Source of the DNA: an uncultured Psychrobacter sp.
GTDB taxonomy: Bacteria; Pseudomonadota; Gammaproteobacteria; Pseudomonadales; Moraxellaceae
Length of the DNA stretch: 24,000 nt
Assembly (NCBI GenBank): GCA_963515535.1
Contig: CAUPWW010000005.1
Location: 180,804 to 204,803 of the forward strand
Reading direction: 5' to 3'
Shown here: positions 7,761 through 15,445 of the stretch, one piece after another
How the letters are laid out: every line of letters begins with the position of its first letter
Position numbering within the stretch: position 1 is the stretch's first letter
Translations under genes and position numbers: made by a program
Notes under the pieces: model-generated
Told to the model about the DNA's origin: nothing
Database searches by the model: none
The model's input: the letters and a program-made list of their open reading frames with translations, nothing else

Positions 7761-8288
7761 ATGAGTAGTATAGCATTGAGTTTTAATAATGTCGATTTAG
7801 TATCAATTGATGGCGGCGAGCCAAGAACCACGTCATTAGCAGTGGCTAAGAAATTTGGTAAGCGTCACGGCGATATACTGCGAGCTATTAAGAATATGGA
7901 TTGCTCGCATGAATTCTCACTACGCAATTTTGCGTCGTCAGATTTTATAGACGAACGCGGCAAGGTGCGTCGAATGTTTAACATGACCAAAGACGGTTTT
8001 GTATTCTTGGTTATGGGCTTTACAGGTAAAGTGGCGGCTGAATTCAAAGAAGATTACATTAACGAATTTAACCGCATGGCTGACAAACTGAATGGCAATA
8101 TCGGTACATTGCTAGAGCGCCATAATGCAAAGTCAGGTATCTTGAAACAAGGTGAGGCAATCGCGTCCGATAGCGGCTATAACTTGTGGTTCTTTGGTCA
8201 AGTCAAAAACCCAAAGACGCGCACAGAATTAAAAGAAATTGAAAAAGAGTTGCAGCCTATGTTGCCTAATATTGAGGTGAAGAAATGA
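7761..8288 (+). CDS. Rha-family phage regulatory protein (paralogue 2, antirepressor-like position)
   Basis: ATG at 7761 follows GAGAGG. The Rha pattern is present (…EPRTTSLAVAKKFGKRHGDILRAIKNM…GFVFLVMGFTG…). It is divergent from the RHH gene. Confidence 0.65.
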   Translation: MSSIALSFNNVDLVSIDGGEPRTTSLAVAKKFGKRHGDILRAIKNMDCSHEFSLRNFASSDFIDERGKVRRMFNMTKDGFVFLVMGFTGKVAAEFKEDYINEFNRMADKLNGNIGTLLERHNAKSGILKQGEAIASDSGYNLWFFGQVKNPKTRTELKEIEKELQPMLPNIEVKK

Positions 8289-8536
8289 GCAATCAATGGA
8301 TAAGCGTTGATGACAGAATGCCCAAGGTAAAGGATTACTGCCTGACACTGGGTTCTAATGACGATGTAGAGTTTGCGGTCTATACTCAAGATAGAGATGG
8401 TTTCTACTTTGCCTCGATAGACGCGCCGATATGTGATAAATTCGGTTATGACAATAACGGAATCCTATACGGTGAGTTAACTAATATCAGATATTGGTTT
8501 CCATTGCCGCAACCGCCTAACCTAGACAACAACTAA
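8285..8536 (+). CDS. DUF551-like protein
   Basis: WISVDDRMPK… at the N-terminus and …RYWFPLPQPP at the C-terminus match the DUF551 pattern. ATGA overlap with rha2. Confidence 0.55.
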   Translation: MSNQWISVDDRMPKVKDYCLTLGSNDDVEFAVYTQDRDGFYFASIDAPICDKFGYDNNGILYGELTNIRYWFPLPQPPNLDNN

Positions 8537-8597
8537 ATAAACATTACGGCTCAAGTGAGTGTAATGTGAGTTGCAATCATGGGCTAGGGGATTGATT

Positions 8598-8807
8598 GTG
8601 AAAAGAGATATTAAAACGCTTGATGATGCGAATGAGATTTTAAACGTACATGGCATTGAGAAGTCGAGAGCTATCGTGCGTGATGCGCCTGATGGCGTAG
8701 AGTCATACTCATGGGTACTTGGCGAATCAGGTATTAGAGATAAGGAAGTTTGGATTTGTGATTTAAAGGACGCTATAAGTATCGTAGATAGAGAGGTGGT
8801 GAAATGA
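8598..8807 (+). CDS. Hypothetical protein
   Basis: GTG at 8598 lies 7 nt after AGGGGA, while the track's TTG at 8571 lacks an RBS. The 3' end is coupled to the next gene by an ATGA overlap. Confidence 0.4.
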   Translation: MKRDIKTLDDANEILNVHGIEKSRAIVRDAPDGVESYSWVLGESGIRDKEVWICDLKDAISIVDREVVK

Positions 8808-9037
8808 AACAGCTAACGCAAGCGGTTTTTGATGGCGCACCTGACTGGGTTAAGAGTGCAGCGGTTGATAGTACAGGTGATGTTTACTTTTACGCTGTAC
8901 CAAAAAAAGAACTCTCTTTTGATTCCGATGAATGTTGGTGGGTTTATTTGGGCGATAAGGATAATTCGCAAACTTATAGCCCTTATGAGGGTTACGACGC
9001 AACCGATTGGAAGGATAGCGCAATAGATAGAGTTTAA
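8804..9037 (+). CDS. Hypothetical Trp/Asp-rich small protein
   Basis: 77 aa, translationally coupled to the upstream gene. Confidence 0.45.
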   Translation: MKQLTQAVFDGAPDWVKSAAVDSTGDVYFYAVPKKELSFDSDECWWVYLGDKDNSQTYSPYEGYDATDWKDSAIDRV

Positions 9038-9122
9038 ACCCTCCACGCTGCCTAGGCTCATTACCGAATCGTGGGAACGCTACCCACTTGGCAGCACCTT
9101 ATTAGCGATTACTAAGCGAGTG

Positions 9123-9623
9123 ATGACAATGAAAAGTGTAATAATAAAAACACTAAAGGCGGTGTTTGTTCTTAGCGCAATTATGATAGTGATTGGCGTT
9201 ATTGCTGGTCTTTTTGAGAGTAGTGATGATAAAGCCGCAAGAGAGCTTAAAAACGAGCAAGACAAGATAGCAGCCACGCCGCAAAAGGCGGAAAAAGCAG
9301 TTGAAGATAACGCGCCTGAGCCTGCAAATGCTACGCCAATAGATACCCTAGTGGCGGACAATCAGCCTGATCCAACCATAGGCGGCAAAACTCGCATGGA
9401 TGTTTTAGTAGATTGTCAGACGGCAATACAAAAACAGTTGAGCAATCCACGCTCGTTTGATGTAAAAACTCGTGAGATTATCCATAAGAAGTACGAAGAC
9501 GGTGGCGAGCACTTAGTTGGCTTTAAGTTTTACGCAAAAAATCAATTCAATGCTGAATCGGAACACATGGCAGTATGCGCCTTTGACCATAACGGCAAGC
9601 GACTGACCGCAGAATACAAATAA
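9123..9623 (+). CDS. Membrane-anchored protein (N-terminal TM helix plus a ~75-aa C-terminal domain)
   Basis: Hydrophobic segment AVFVLSAIMIVIGVIAGLF. The C-terminal part CQTAIQKQLSNPRSFDV…FYAKNQFNAE…AVCAF resembles small prophage cargo (lipo)proteins. The start could be 9120, 9123 or 9129. Confidence 0.5.
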   Translation: MTMKSVIIKTLKAVFVLSAIMIVIGVIAGLFESSDDKAARELKNEQDKIAATPQKAEKAVEDNAPEPANATPIDTLVADNQPDPTIGGKTRMDVLVDCQTAIQKQLSNPRSFDVKTREIIHKKYEDGGEHLVGFKFYAKNQFNAESEHMAVCAFDHNGKRLTAEYK

Positions 9624-9644
9624 AATTAATTATTTTTAATCAAG

Positions 9645-9667
9645 CCACCTTTTTAGGTGGTTTTTTT
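9645..9667 (+). terminator. Intrinsic terminator 25 nt upstream of the tape measure gene
   Basis: Stem ccacct / aggtgg, loop tttt, then T7. Confidence 0.75.
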
Positions 9668-9692
9668 ATGTCCAAAATAAGGGGTCGCTGTC

Positions 9693-12600
9693 ATGGCTGA
9701 AGCACAAGAAAGCCGTCTTAGTATCGTAATTGATAGTGCGGACGCTGAAAAACGCATTAAAGAGCTACGCAAGCAATTACGCGAGCTTGGGCAGCAGTCA
9801 GATGAAACGGGCGACAATACCGATGATTTAGGACGCAGACAGCGCCGAGCAAGTGATGATGCTGGTAATTTAGGCAGCGCCAATGATAACGCTAGAAAGT
9901 CACTAGATAACATGGCAAAGGCGGCCGCTATTGCAGGGGCGGCATTGGCAGGTGCAATCGGGCTATCCATCAACAAGGCTCAGTCTTGGGAGTCGGCACT
10001 TGCAGAGATTAATAAAACGGTTGATTTTGCAGCTGAGGACGGCTTAGCTAATATGCGTAAAGGTCTGCAAGAGCTGACCACGCAGATACCGCAAACGTTT
10101 GAGGAGTTGGCAGCCGTAACTGCTACTGGCGGACAGCTTGGTATTGCCGAAGAAAACTTGCTTGGCTTTACTGAGACTATGGCAAAGATGGGTGTGGCTT
10201 TTGATATACCAGCACAGCAAGCCGCTGACAGTATGGCAAAGATTGCTAACGTATTCCAAATCCCTATTGAAAATATTGATCGTTTAGGCGATGCAATCAA
10301 TACGCTATCAAATAACACACCTGCTACTGCCGCCCAGCTCATTGATTCACTGCAACGTGTCGGTGGTGTCGCTAAGGTCTTTGGTTTGACAGAGGACGCG
10401 ACATTAGGCTTAACAGGTGCATTGATTGCTATGGGTAAGCCTGCCGAAGTCGCATCAACGGCGGTCAACTCGCTATTAACTACGTTCTCAACACTGGATA
10501 ACGCCACCAAGTCACAAATTAAAGGGTTTGAGAAACTAGGCTTAGATATTGACGAGTTTAGTAAGTTGGTCGCAACCGATGGTAAACAAGCGATTATTAC
10601 TTACTTAGAGGCTATTAATAAACTAGACCAGTCAGAGCGCATCGGTACAAACGCTATGATTATCGGTAAAGAGTTTGGTGACGACTTAACCATGCTTGCT
10701 GGTAGTGTCGGCGTATTAGAAAACAACTGGGCAATGCTTGGTGAAACGGTCAACACAACCAAAGATTATTTTGGCTCAATGGATGTTGAGTTTAAAAAAA
10801 TTAGCGAAACGTCTGCAAATAAAATGAAGTTATTTAAGCAGAATATAGATGGCGTGGTTGCTGGTATCGGTGACGCCTTTATCCCTGCATTAAATGACTT
10901 GCTTTACACCCTAACGCCTTTTATCGCTACGATGAGTATATGGGTATCTGAGAATCCTGAGCTAATTAAGCAGATTGTGACCATTGGTGGCGCTTTTCTT
11001 GGTTCTGTTGTTGGGTTAAAGCTTTTTGCTGATGGTGTTAATGCTGCAAAAAGCACTGTCGATGGCTTAAAGCTTGCTTATACGGCGTTGGGTAGCACGA
11101 TGGGCTTAACGGTTATCGGTCTAGGTATTTTGCTGGCTGCTGGCGTACTGGTTTATCAAAACTGGGATGAGATAAAACGCGTTGTTAGTGAAAATCAGCC
11201 GATGTTTATTGCTTTGGGCGTGTCAGTAAGTGCGCTCACAGTGGCCTTAGTTGCAGCCAATGCGCCATTGATACTATTAAAAGTACAGGCGGCAGCGGCG
11301 GCGGTGCAAGCAGGTGTGATGACTGTGGCAACCGCAAGTTGGTCAGTGGCAGCAGGTGTGGCAGCAGCAGCAACCTGGACGTTTAATGCGGCGCTAGCTG
11401 TCTTAACCAGTCCAATACTTGCGGTGGTTGCGGCCATCGCCTTAATCGCGGCGGGTGGTTATCTAGTCGTTAAAAACTGGGCTGCTATCAGCGCTGGGCT
11501 TAACGCTGAGTTTAATAAGATAAAAAGCTATGTATTAAACACGGTTGCAACTATGCAGGCGGCTTGGGATAGAGGAGTGGCTAATACCCGTGGCGCAATT
11601 ATCAATATCAAAAACACTATCGTCACCACGTTAAAAGAGCTGCCTAGCCGTATGCTGCAAATCGGCAAAGACATTGTTACGGGCTTGGTCAACGGTATTA
11701 AGTCAGGCGCAAGTGGTGTGACTACCGCAATCAGTAGCATGGCATCAAGCGCAGTTGCTAAAGCCAAAAGTGTTCTCGATATTCGTAGCCCATCACGGGT
11801 AATGAAGAAAGTCGGCGAGCAAACAGCCGAAGGTATGGCAGTCGGCATCAAGAAAGGCGCAAAGGCTGTTAAAACCGAAGCACAAAAGATGGCTGAGCAA
11901 GCAGTGGCGGCCGTCAAAACAGGCGTGGAAAACTTAAAGCGTGAGATTGCATTATTTGGCAATGATAGCCCAGTCGCTGCGCTTAAATATGATATTAGTG
12001 TCGGTAAGTTTGGCGGCGCTGATACCAGTCAGCTAATGTCATTAACGCAGACCAAAGAGCAACTAGAGTTATCTAAAAAGCTCGCAGATGCCAATAAATC
12101 AGTGCAAGACAGTATCGACGGTCTTATCAAGCAACAAGCCTTGTTTGGCAATAATAGCTCGCTTGCTTCGCTCATGTACGATATTGAGCATACCGAGAAA
12201 TACAAAGGCGTGACGCAAGAGCTAACCGATAAGCTAATCGAGCAAACACGAGCGCTTGAGCAATTAGGCATGACCGCGAAAGCGACCGATGCTATTAGGG
12301 CGCGATTTGCACAACTTGAAAAAGCTAAGGAAACATCGAGCGAAGGCTTAGATAAAATGCTCGGAGGTATCGAGCAAGAAACGCCAATTGGTAAAATACA
12401 GGCCGATTATGAGCAGCGATTAGAGGTGGTTCGTCAGTTTGAGCAACTACATACCGACGAAGTGCAAAAAGCGGCAGAAGCAAGAATGGCAGTTGAGCAA
12501 AGCTACCAAGACGCTAAACGCAATCTCATGCTAACGCAAGGCGAGGCGCTGTTTGGTGATTTAGCAGGGTTGGCAAAAGGCTTTGCTGGTGAGCAGTCAG

Positions 12601-13088
12601 GCATCTACAAAGCATTGTTTGCCGTTGAAAAGGGCTTTGCCATTGCACAATCCGCTATAGCTATTCAGCAATCAGTAGCAAAAGCCATGGCCGTTGGTTT
12701 TCCTGCCAACATACCTTTAATCGGGCAAGCCATAAGCCAAGGCGCTGACATTATGGGCAACATCAAAGCGGTATCAGCAGGCTTTAAAAAGGGCGGTTAC
12801 ACAGGTAATGCAGGCGTCAATGATATTGCAGGGGTTGTCCATGGCCGTGAGTACGTGTTTGATGCTCAGTCTACTAAGCGTATTGGGGTTGATAATCTTA
12901 ATGCGATGCGCCGAGGTGATAAGGTTGGCGGTGATGTGAATATCACGGTCACAGTAGATGCGCAGGGCAATAGCTCAGTATCGGGCGATAACGAACGAAT
13001 GGGACGTGACATGGCAAACGGTATCAAAGCTGTGGTTATGGACACGTTACGCAAAGAGAAACGTCAAGGAGGTATGCTTTATGCTTAG
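9693..13088 (+). CDS. Tail tape measure protein
   Basis: 1131 aa. It has a TP901-type core (…AEINKTVDFAAEDGL…MAKMGVAFDIPAQQAADSMAKIANVF…), central hydrophobic segments, and a lambda H-like C-terminus (GGYTGNAG…GVVHGREYVFDA). By the ~0.15 nm per residue rule, this length implies a tail of about 170 nm. Confidence 0.9.
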   Translation: MAEAQESRLSIVIDSADAEKRIKELRKQLRELGQQSDETGDNTDDLGRRQRRASDDAGNLGSANDNARKSLDNMAKAAAIAGAALAGAIGLSINKAQSWESALAEINKTVDFAAEDGLANMRKGLQELTTQIPQTFEELAAVTATGGQLGIAEENLLGFTETMAKMGVAFDIPAQQAADSMAKIANVFQIPIENIDRLGDAINTLSNNTPATAAQLIDSLQRVGGVAKVFGLTEDATLGLTGALIAMGKPAEVASTAVNSLLTTFSTLDNATKSQIKGFEKLGLDIDEFSKLVATDGKQAIITYLEAINKLDQSERIGTNAMIIGKEFGDDLTMLAGSVGVLENNWAMLGETVNTTKDYFGSMDVEFKKISETSANKMKLFKQNIDGVVAGIGDAFIPALNDLLYTLTPFIATMSIWVSENPELIKQIVTIGGAFLGSVVGLKLFADGVNAAKSTVDGLKLAYTALGSTMGLTVIGLGILLAAGVLVYQNWDEIKRVVSENQPMFIALGVSVSALTVALVAANAPLILLKVQAAAAAVQAGVMTVATASWSVAAGVAAAATWTFNAALAVLTSPILAVVAAIALIAAGGYLVVKNWAAISAGLNAEFNKIKSYVLNTVATMQAAWDRGVANTRGAIINIKNTIVTTLKELPSRMLQIGKDIVTGLVNGIKSGASGVTTAISSMASSAVAKAKSVLDIRSPSRVMKKVGEQTAEGMAVGIKKGAKAVKTEAQKMAEQAVAAVKTGVENLKREIALFGNDSPVAALKYDISVGKFGGADTSQLMSLTQTKEQLELSKKLADANKSVQDSIDGLIKQQALFGNNSSLASLMYDIEHTEKYKGVTQELTDKLIEQTRALEQLGMTAKATDAIRARFAQLEKAKETSSEGLDKMLGGIEQETPIGKIQADYEQRLEVVRQFEQLHTDEVQKAAEARMAVEQSYQDAKRNLMLTQGEALFGDLAGLAKGFAGEQSGIYKALFAVEKGFAIAQSAIAIQQSVAKAMAVGFPANIPLIGQAISQGADIMGNIKAVSAGFKKGGYTGNAGVNDIAGVVHGREYVFDAQSTKRIGVDNLNAMRRGDKVGGDVNITVTVDAQGNSSVSGDNERMGRDMANGIKAVVMDTLRKEKRQGGMLYA

Positions 13089-13416
13089 GACGTTTACATG
13101 GTGCGTCGATGCAGGTGCAACTGAGGAAATCGAGCTTAAAACCAACGTCACGCAGTTTGGCGATGGTTATGAGCAAGTATCGAGTATCGGCATTAATAAT
13201 GCGCGTGAGAGTTGGCCGCTTAGTGTGAAAGGGCGGAGCGACAAAACCAAAGCGGTCAGGCAATTTTTGCTTGACCATAAGGGCGTGACCCCGTTCATTA
13301 TGACGATTGACGGTGAAACGAAAACCTATCGAACGGACGGCAATATCAGCAGGAATCATTTAGGCGCTGATGTGTGGCAAGTCTCATTTAACGTCAAACA
13401 AGTATTTATACCTTAA
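13081..13416 (+). CDS. M: Minor tail protein, lambda gpM-like
   Basis: ATG at 13081 lies 7 nt after AAGGAGGT. MLRTFTWCV…VTQFGDGYEQ…FLLDHKG parallels lambda M (MKTFRWKV…VRFGDGYSQ…FLEEHGG). Confidence 0.8.
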   Translation: MLRTFTWCVDAGATEEIELKTNVTQFGDGYEQVSSIGINNARESWPLSVKGRSDKTKAVRQFLLDHKGVTPFIMTIDGETKTYRTDGNISRNHLGADVWQVSFNVKQVFIP

Positions 13417-13418
13417 TT

Positions 13419-13532
13419 ACCGACCCGCACGGCAACACCAAACAATATACCTGCGCCGGTGTATCGATACCGCAGCGCAAAGGCGATCATTGGCAAATCA
13501 CGCTCAACTTTGAGCAGTTTAATAATACTTAA
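13419..13532 (+). pseudogene. Fossil 3' end of a second gpM-like gene
   Basis: One frame of the 'intergenic' DNA reads TDPHGNTKQYTCAGVSIPQRKGDHWQITLNFEQFNNT*. This aligns with the intact M-like C-terminus DGETKTYRTDGNISRNHLGADVWQVSFNVKQVFIP*. There is no start codon and it is out of frame with the gene upstream. Confidence 0.6.
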
Positions 13533-13540
13533 GGATTGGT

Positions 13541-15007
13541 ATGCAAATACAAAAAATAAACCTTGGTGCTGAGCCCAAAGGCATCGGCGGCGACAGCGCA
13601 CGGACCAGTAATGGCAAGGTTAACGACAATTTTGATGCGGTAGCAGCTGAATTTACAGACGTCAAAGCCTTGATACCTAAAGTGACCTCTGAGCTTGGAC
13701 AATCGACAACGACAGCGATATCACAAAAGCTGTTTACTGATACCGTCATTCCGACATTTGAAGACATTGGCGTTGCAGGATCGATATCATTTGGTATTGG
13801 CATTACAACCAACCTACCGCCTGGCATGTCAGAGATGGAAGGCACGCGCATCAAGGGGCATAGTAATTACGGCAACTATCAATATAGCGATGGCTCGGTG
13901 ATGTGCTATGTCCCCATGTTCTATTATCGCTGGGGACATGCAAGCAATCCTAGTTACGCGACTCACGGTCTTAACTCATGCGACGTTAAGTCAAAACAGG
14001 CATTCGCAAGCATTGCAGCGGCACAAAGTGCAGGTTACGCAATTCATCGCGCTTTTTATGACGATGGCCAATTAAAAAACGGCTTCTTTGTTGACAAATA
14101 TCAAGCGAGTAACAACGCAGGCAAAGCAAGCTCTATCAAAAACGGCATTCCACTGTCGTCATCTAGTGCCAACGCGCCATTCAGTGGATTGACTGGCTCC
14201 CCTGCTAACAACCTAGCTGGATCAATCGATGCTGTCAAAACCCGTGGCGCAAACTTCTTCCCGACGACCATCTTTATCCAGCGCGCGCTATCGTTGCTTA
14301 GCATGGCTCATGCCCAAGCAGCAACGAGCACGGCGGCGTGCGCTTGGTACGATGCGTCTGGTGTAACCAATTACCCTAAAGGGTGCAATAACAACGCACT
14401 GCGCGACGTAAACGACACGAGCGTTATCTATGAAGAGACCGGCTACTTAACAGCGGGCAAAACAGGGTCAGCAAAACCATTTGCCAAGACCACGCACAAC
14501 GGCCAGCACAGCGGCGTTGCAGACTTAAACGGCAATATGTACGAAGTGGCTTTAGGGTTGACGCAGACAGACGGTAATTTTTACATCTTAAAAACCAGTG
14601 CTAAAGCGTCAGCACTCACAAGCGGGGTAACGCTTGCGACCGACGCGTGGGGCACTGCTGCAATGACCAAAAGCTATGACTCGCTAGGTGCAAGCTATGG
14701 TGAACTCACAGGCGAGAGTCGCAGTTTTGCCATCGGCTCGACAACCAAGCAAGTATTCTCAAGCGCCAACAGTGGTCTGGCTTGGTCGGCATCCTGCGCA
14801 GGCATACCCCAACTTGGCGGCTCAGATGGCACCAACATATTTGGCAACGACCGCTTCTACGACAATCGAGTTGAGCACTTGTGCCCGGTTGTGGGCGGCA
14901 ACTGGAACAACGGCACGTATGCTGGTGTCTGGGCGGTCCATTGCTACTTTTTTCGGTCGAACAGCAACTACAACTTCGGTGTCCGGGCGGCCTTGTACCC
15001 TGTTTGA
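13541..15007 (+). CDS. DGR target: tail-fibre/receptor-binding protein with a C-terminal C-type-lectin/FGE-like fold (Mtd analogue)
   Basis: The N-terminus has a fibre-type motif (GGDSARTSNGKVNDNFDAV). HNGQHSGVADLNGNMYEV is FGE/CLec-like. The last ~40 codons form the VR (…CPVVGGNWNNGTYAGVWAVHCYFFRSNSNYNFGVRAA…). Confidence 0.85.
   Translation: MQIQKINLGAEPKGIGGDSARTSNGKVNDNFDAVAAEFTDVKALIPKVTSELGQSTTTAISQKLFTDTVIPTFEDIGVAGSISFGIGITTNLPPGMSEMEGTRIKGHSNYGNYQYSDGSVMCYVPMFYYRWGHASNPSYATHGLNSCDVKSKQAFASIAAAQSAGYAIHRAFYDDGQLKNGFFVDKYQASNNAGKASSIKNGIPLSSSSANAPFSGLTGSPANNLAGSIDAVKTRGANFFPTTIFIQRALSLLSMAHAQAATSTAACAWYDASGVTNYPKGCNNNALRDVNDTSVIYEETGYLTAGKTGSAKPFAKTTHNGQHSGVADLNGNMYEVALGLTQTDGNFYILKTSAKASALTSGVTLATDAWGTAAMTKSYDSLGASYGELTGESRSFAIGSTTKQVFSSANSGLAWSASCAGIPQLGGSDGTNIFGNDRFYDNRVEHLCPVVGGNWNNGTYAGVWAVHCYFFRSNSNYNFGVRAALYPV
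14880..14990 (+). repeat. DGR variable region (VR)
   Basis: 111 nt collinear with the TR at an offset of +566. There are 12 mismatches, 11 of them opposite TR adenines. Both repeats share the GC-rich 3' end cggtgtccgggcgg, after which the flanking sequences diverge. Confidence 0.9.
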
Positions 15008-15032
15008 CTGAGCGATAGCGAAGGAGTTTGAG

Positions 15033-15416
15033 TTGGCAGTAGACAGCGAGTCAAATTTAGATAAGAAGTTCATTCAAACGATGAAGCTTCTAAATATCTA
15101 TCTTAATCATTTCCCAAGCCATGAGAAGCATGGCTTGGCGCTTAAAATAAGACAAACCGCTTACGAGATGTATGACTACATCGTCGAAGCGCAAAAGCGT
15201 TATCACAAGAAGACGACGCTTACCAATTTAGACATCAAGCATGAGCAGCTCAGAATGCAAGTTAGGCTTGCGTTCGAGCTGTCCTATTTCGGTCATCCAA
15301 AGACCGAAAAGATGTCTGTGCAAAAATTAAATGCCAAACTTTATCTTGTGATATCAGCAAGTATCGATGAGATCGGCAAGATAATCGGCGGTTGGATTAA
15401 ATCACTAAAACAATAA
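15033..15416 (+). CDS. avd: DGR accessory variability determinant (Avd, four-helix-bundle family)
   Basis: TTG start 6 nt after AAGGAG. 127 aa and basic. FPSHEKHGLALKIR and the C-terminal EIGKIIGGWIKS resemble the Avd family as I recall it (unverified). Its position between VR and TR fits. Confidence 0.7.
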   Translation: MAVDSESNLDKKFIQTMKLLNIYLNHFPSHEKHGLALKIRQTAYEMYDYIVEAQKRYHKKTTLTNLDIKHEQLRMQVRLAFELSYFGHPKTEKMSVQKLNAKLYLVISASIDEIGKIIGGWIKSLKQ

Positions 15417-15445
15417 GGTGCTCCAAAAAGGGAGGCGTCTTAATA

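Noticed and set aside
7646-7831. Minus-strand 61-aa ORF spanning the RHH-rha2 intergenic region
   Set aside because: It runs through the promoter and terminator elements and the rha2 start. It has no RBS and an odd composition, and the region is better explained by regulatory signals and the candidate antisense RNA.
9047-9097. Nested stems gctgcc…gtggg-aacgcta-cccac…ggcagc between orf 8804 and the membrane protein gene
   Set aside because: The stems are short, there is no T-tract, and I cannot assess conservation. This is insufficient to call an RNA element.
9653-13054. Minus-strand ORFs inside the tape measure gene (for example 9980..10510 and 11528..11962)
   Set aside because: These are antisense shadows of an Ala-rich gene, with no RBS or context. 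The + frame encodes a clearly recognisable tape measure protein.
12958-13080. Upstream extensions of track ORFs 12958..13416 (M-like) and 16874..17881 (L-like)
   Set aside because: The extensions overlap the preceding genes and lack homology. The internal ATGs at 13081 (7 nt after AAGGAGGT) and 17048 match the lambda M and L N-termini.
14991-15060. Search for the GC-rich hairpin or cruciform that lies just downstream of the VR in BPP-1
   Set aside because: I found only a weak 7-bp pairing (tttgact 15003-15009 with agtcaaa 15050-15056) with a ~40-nt loop. This is not convincing, so no such element is claimed.
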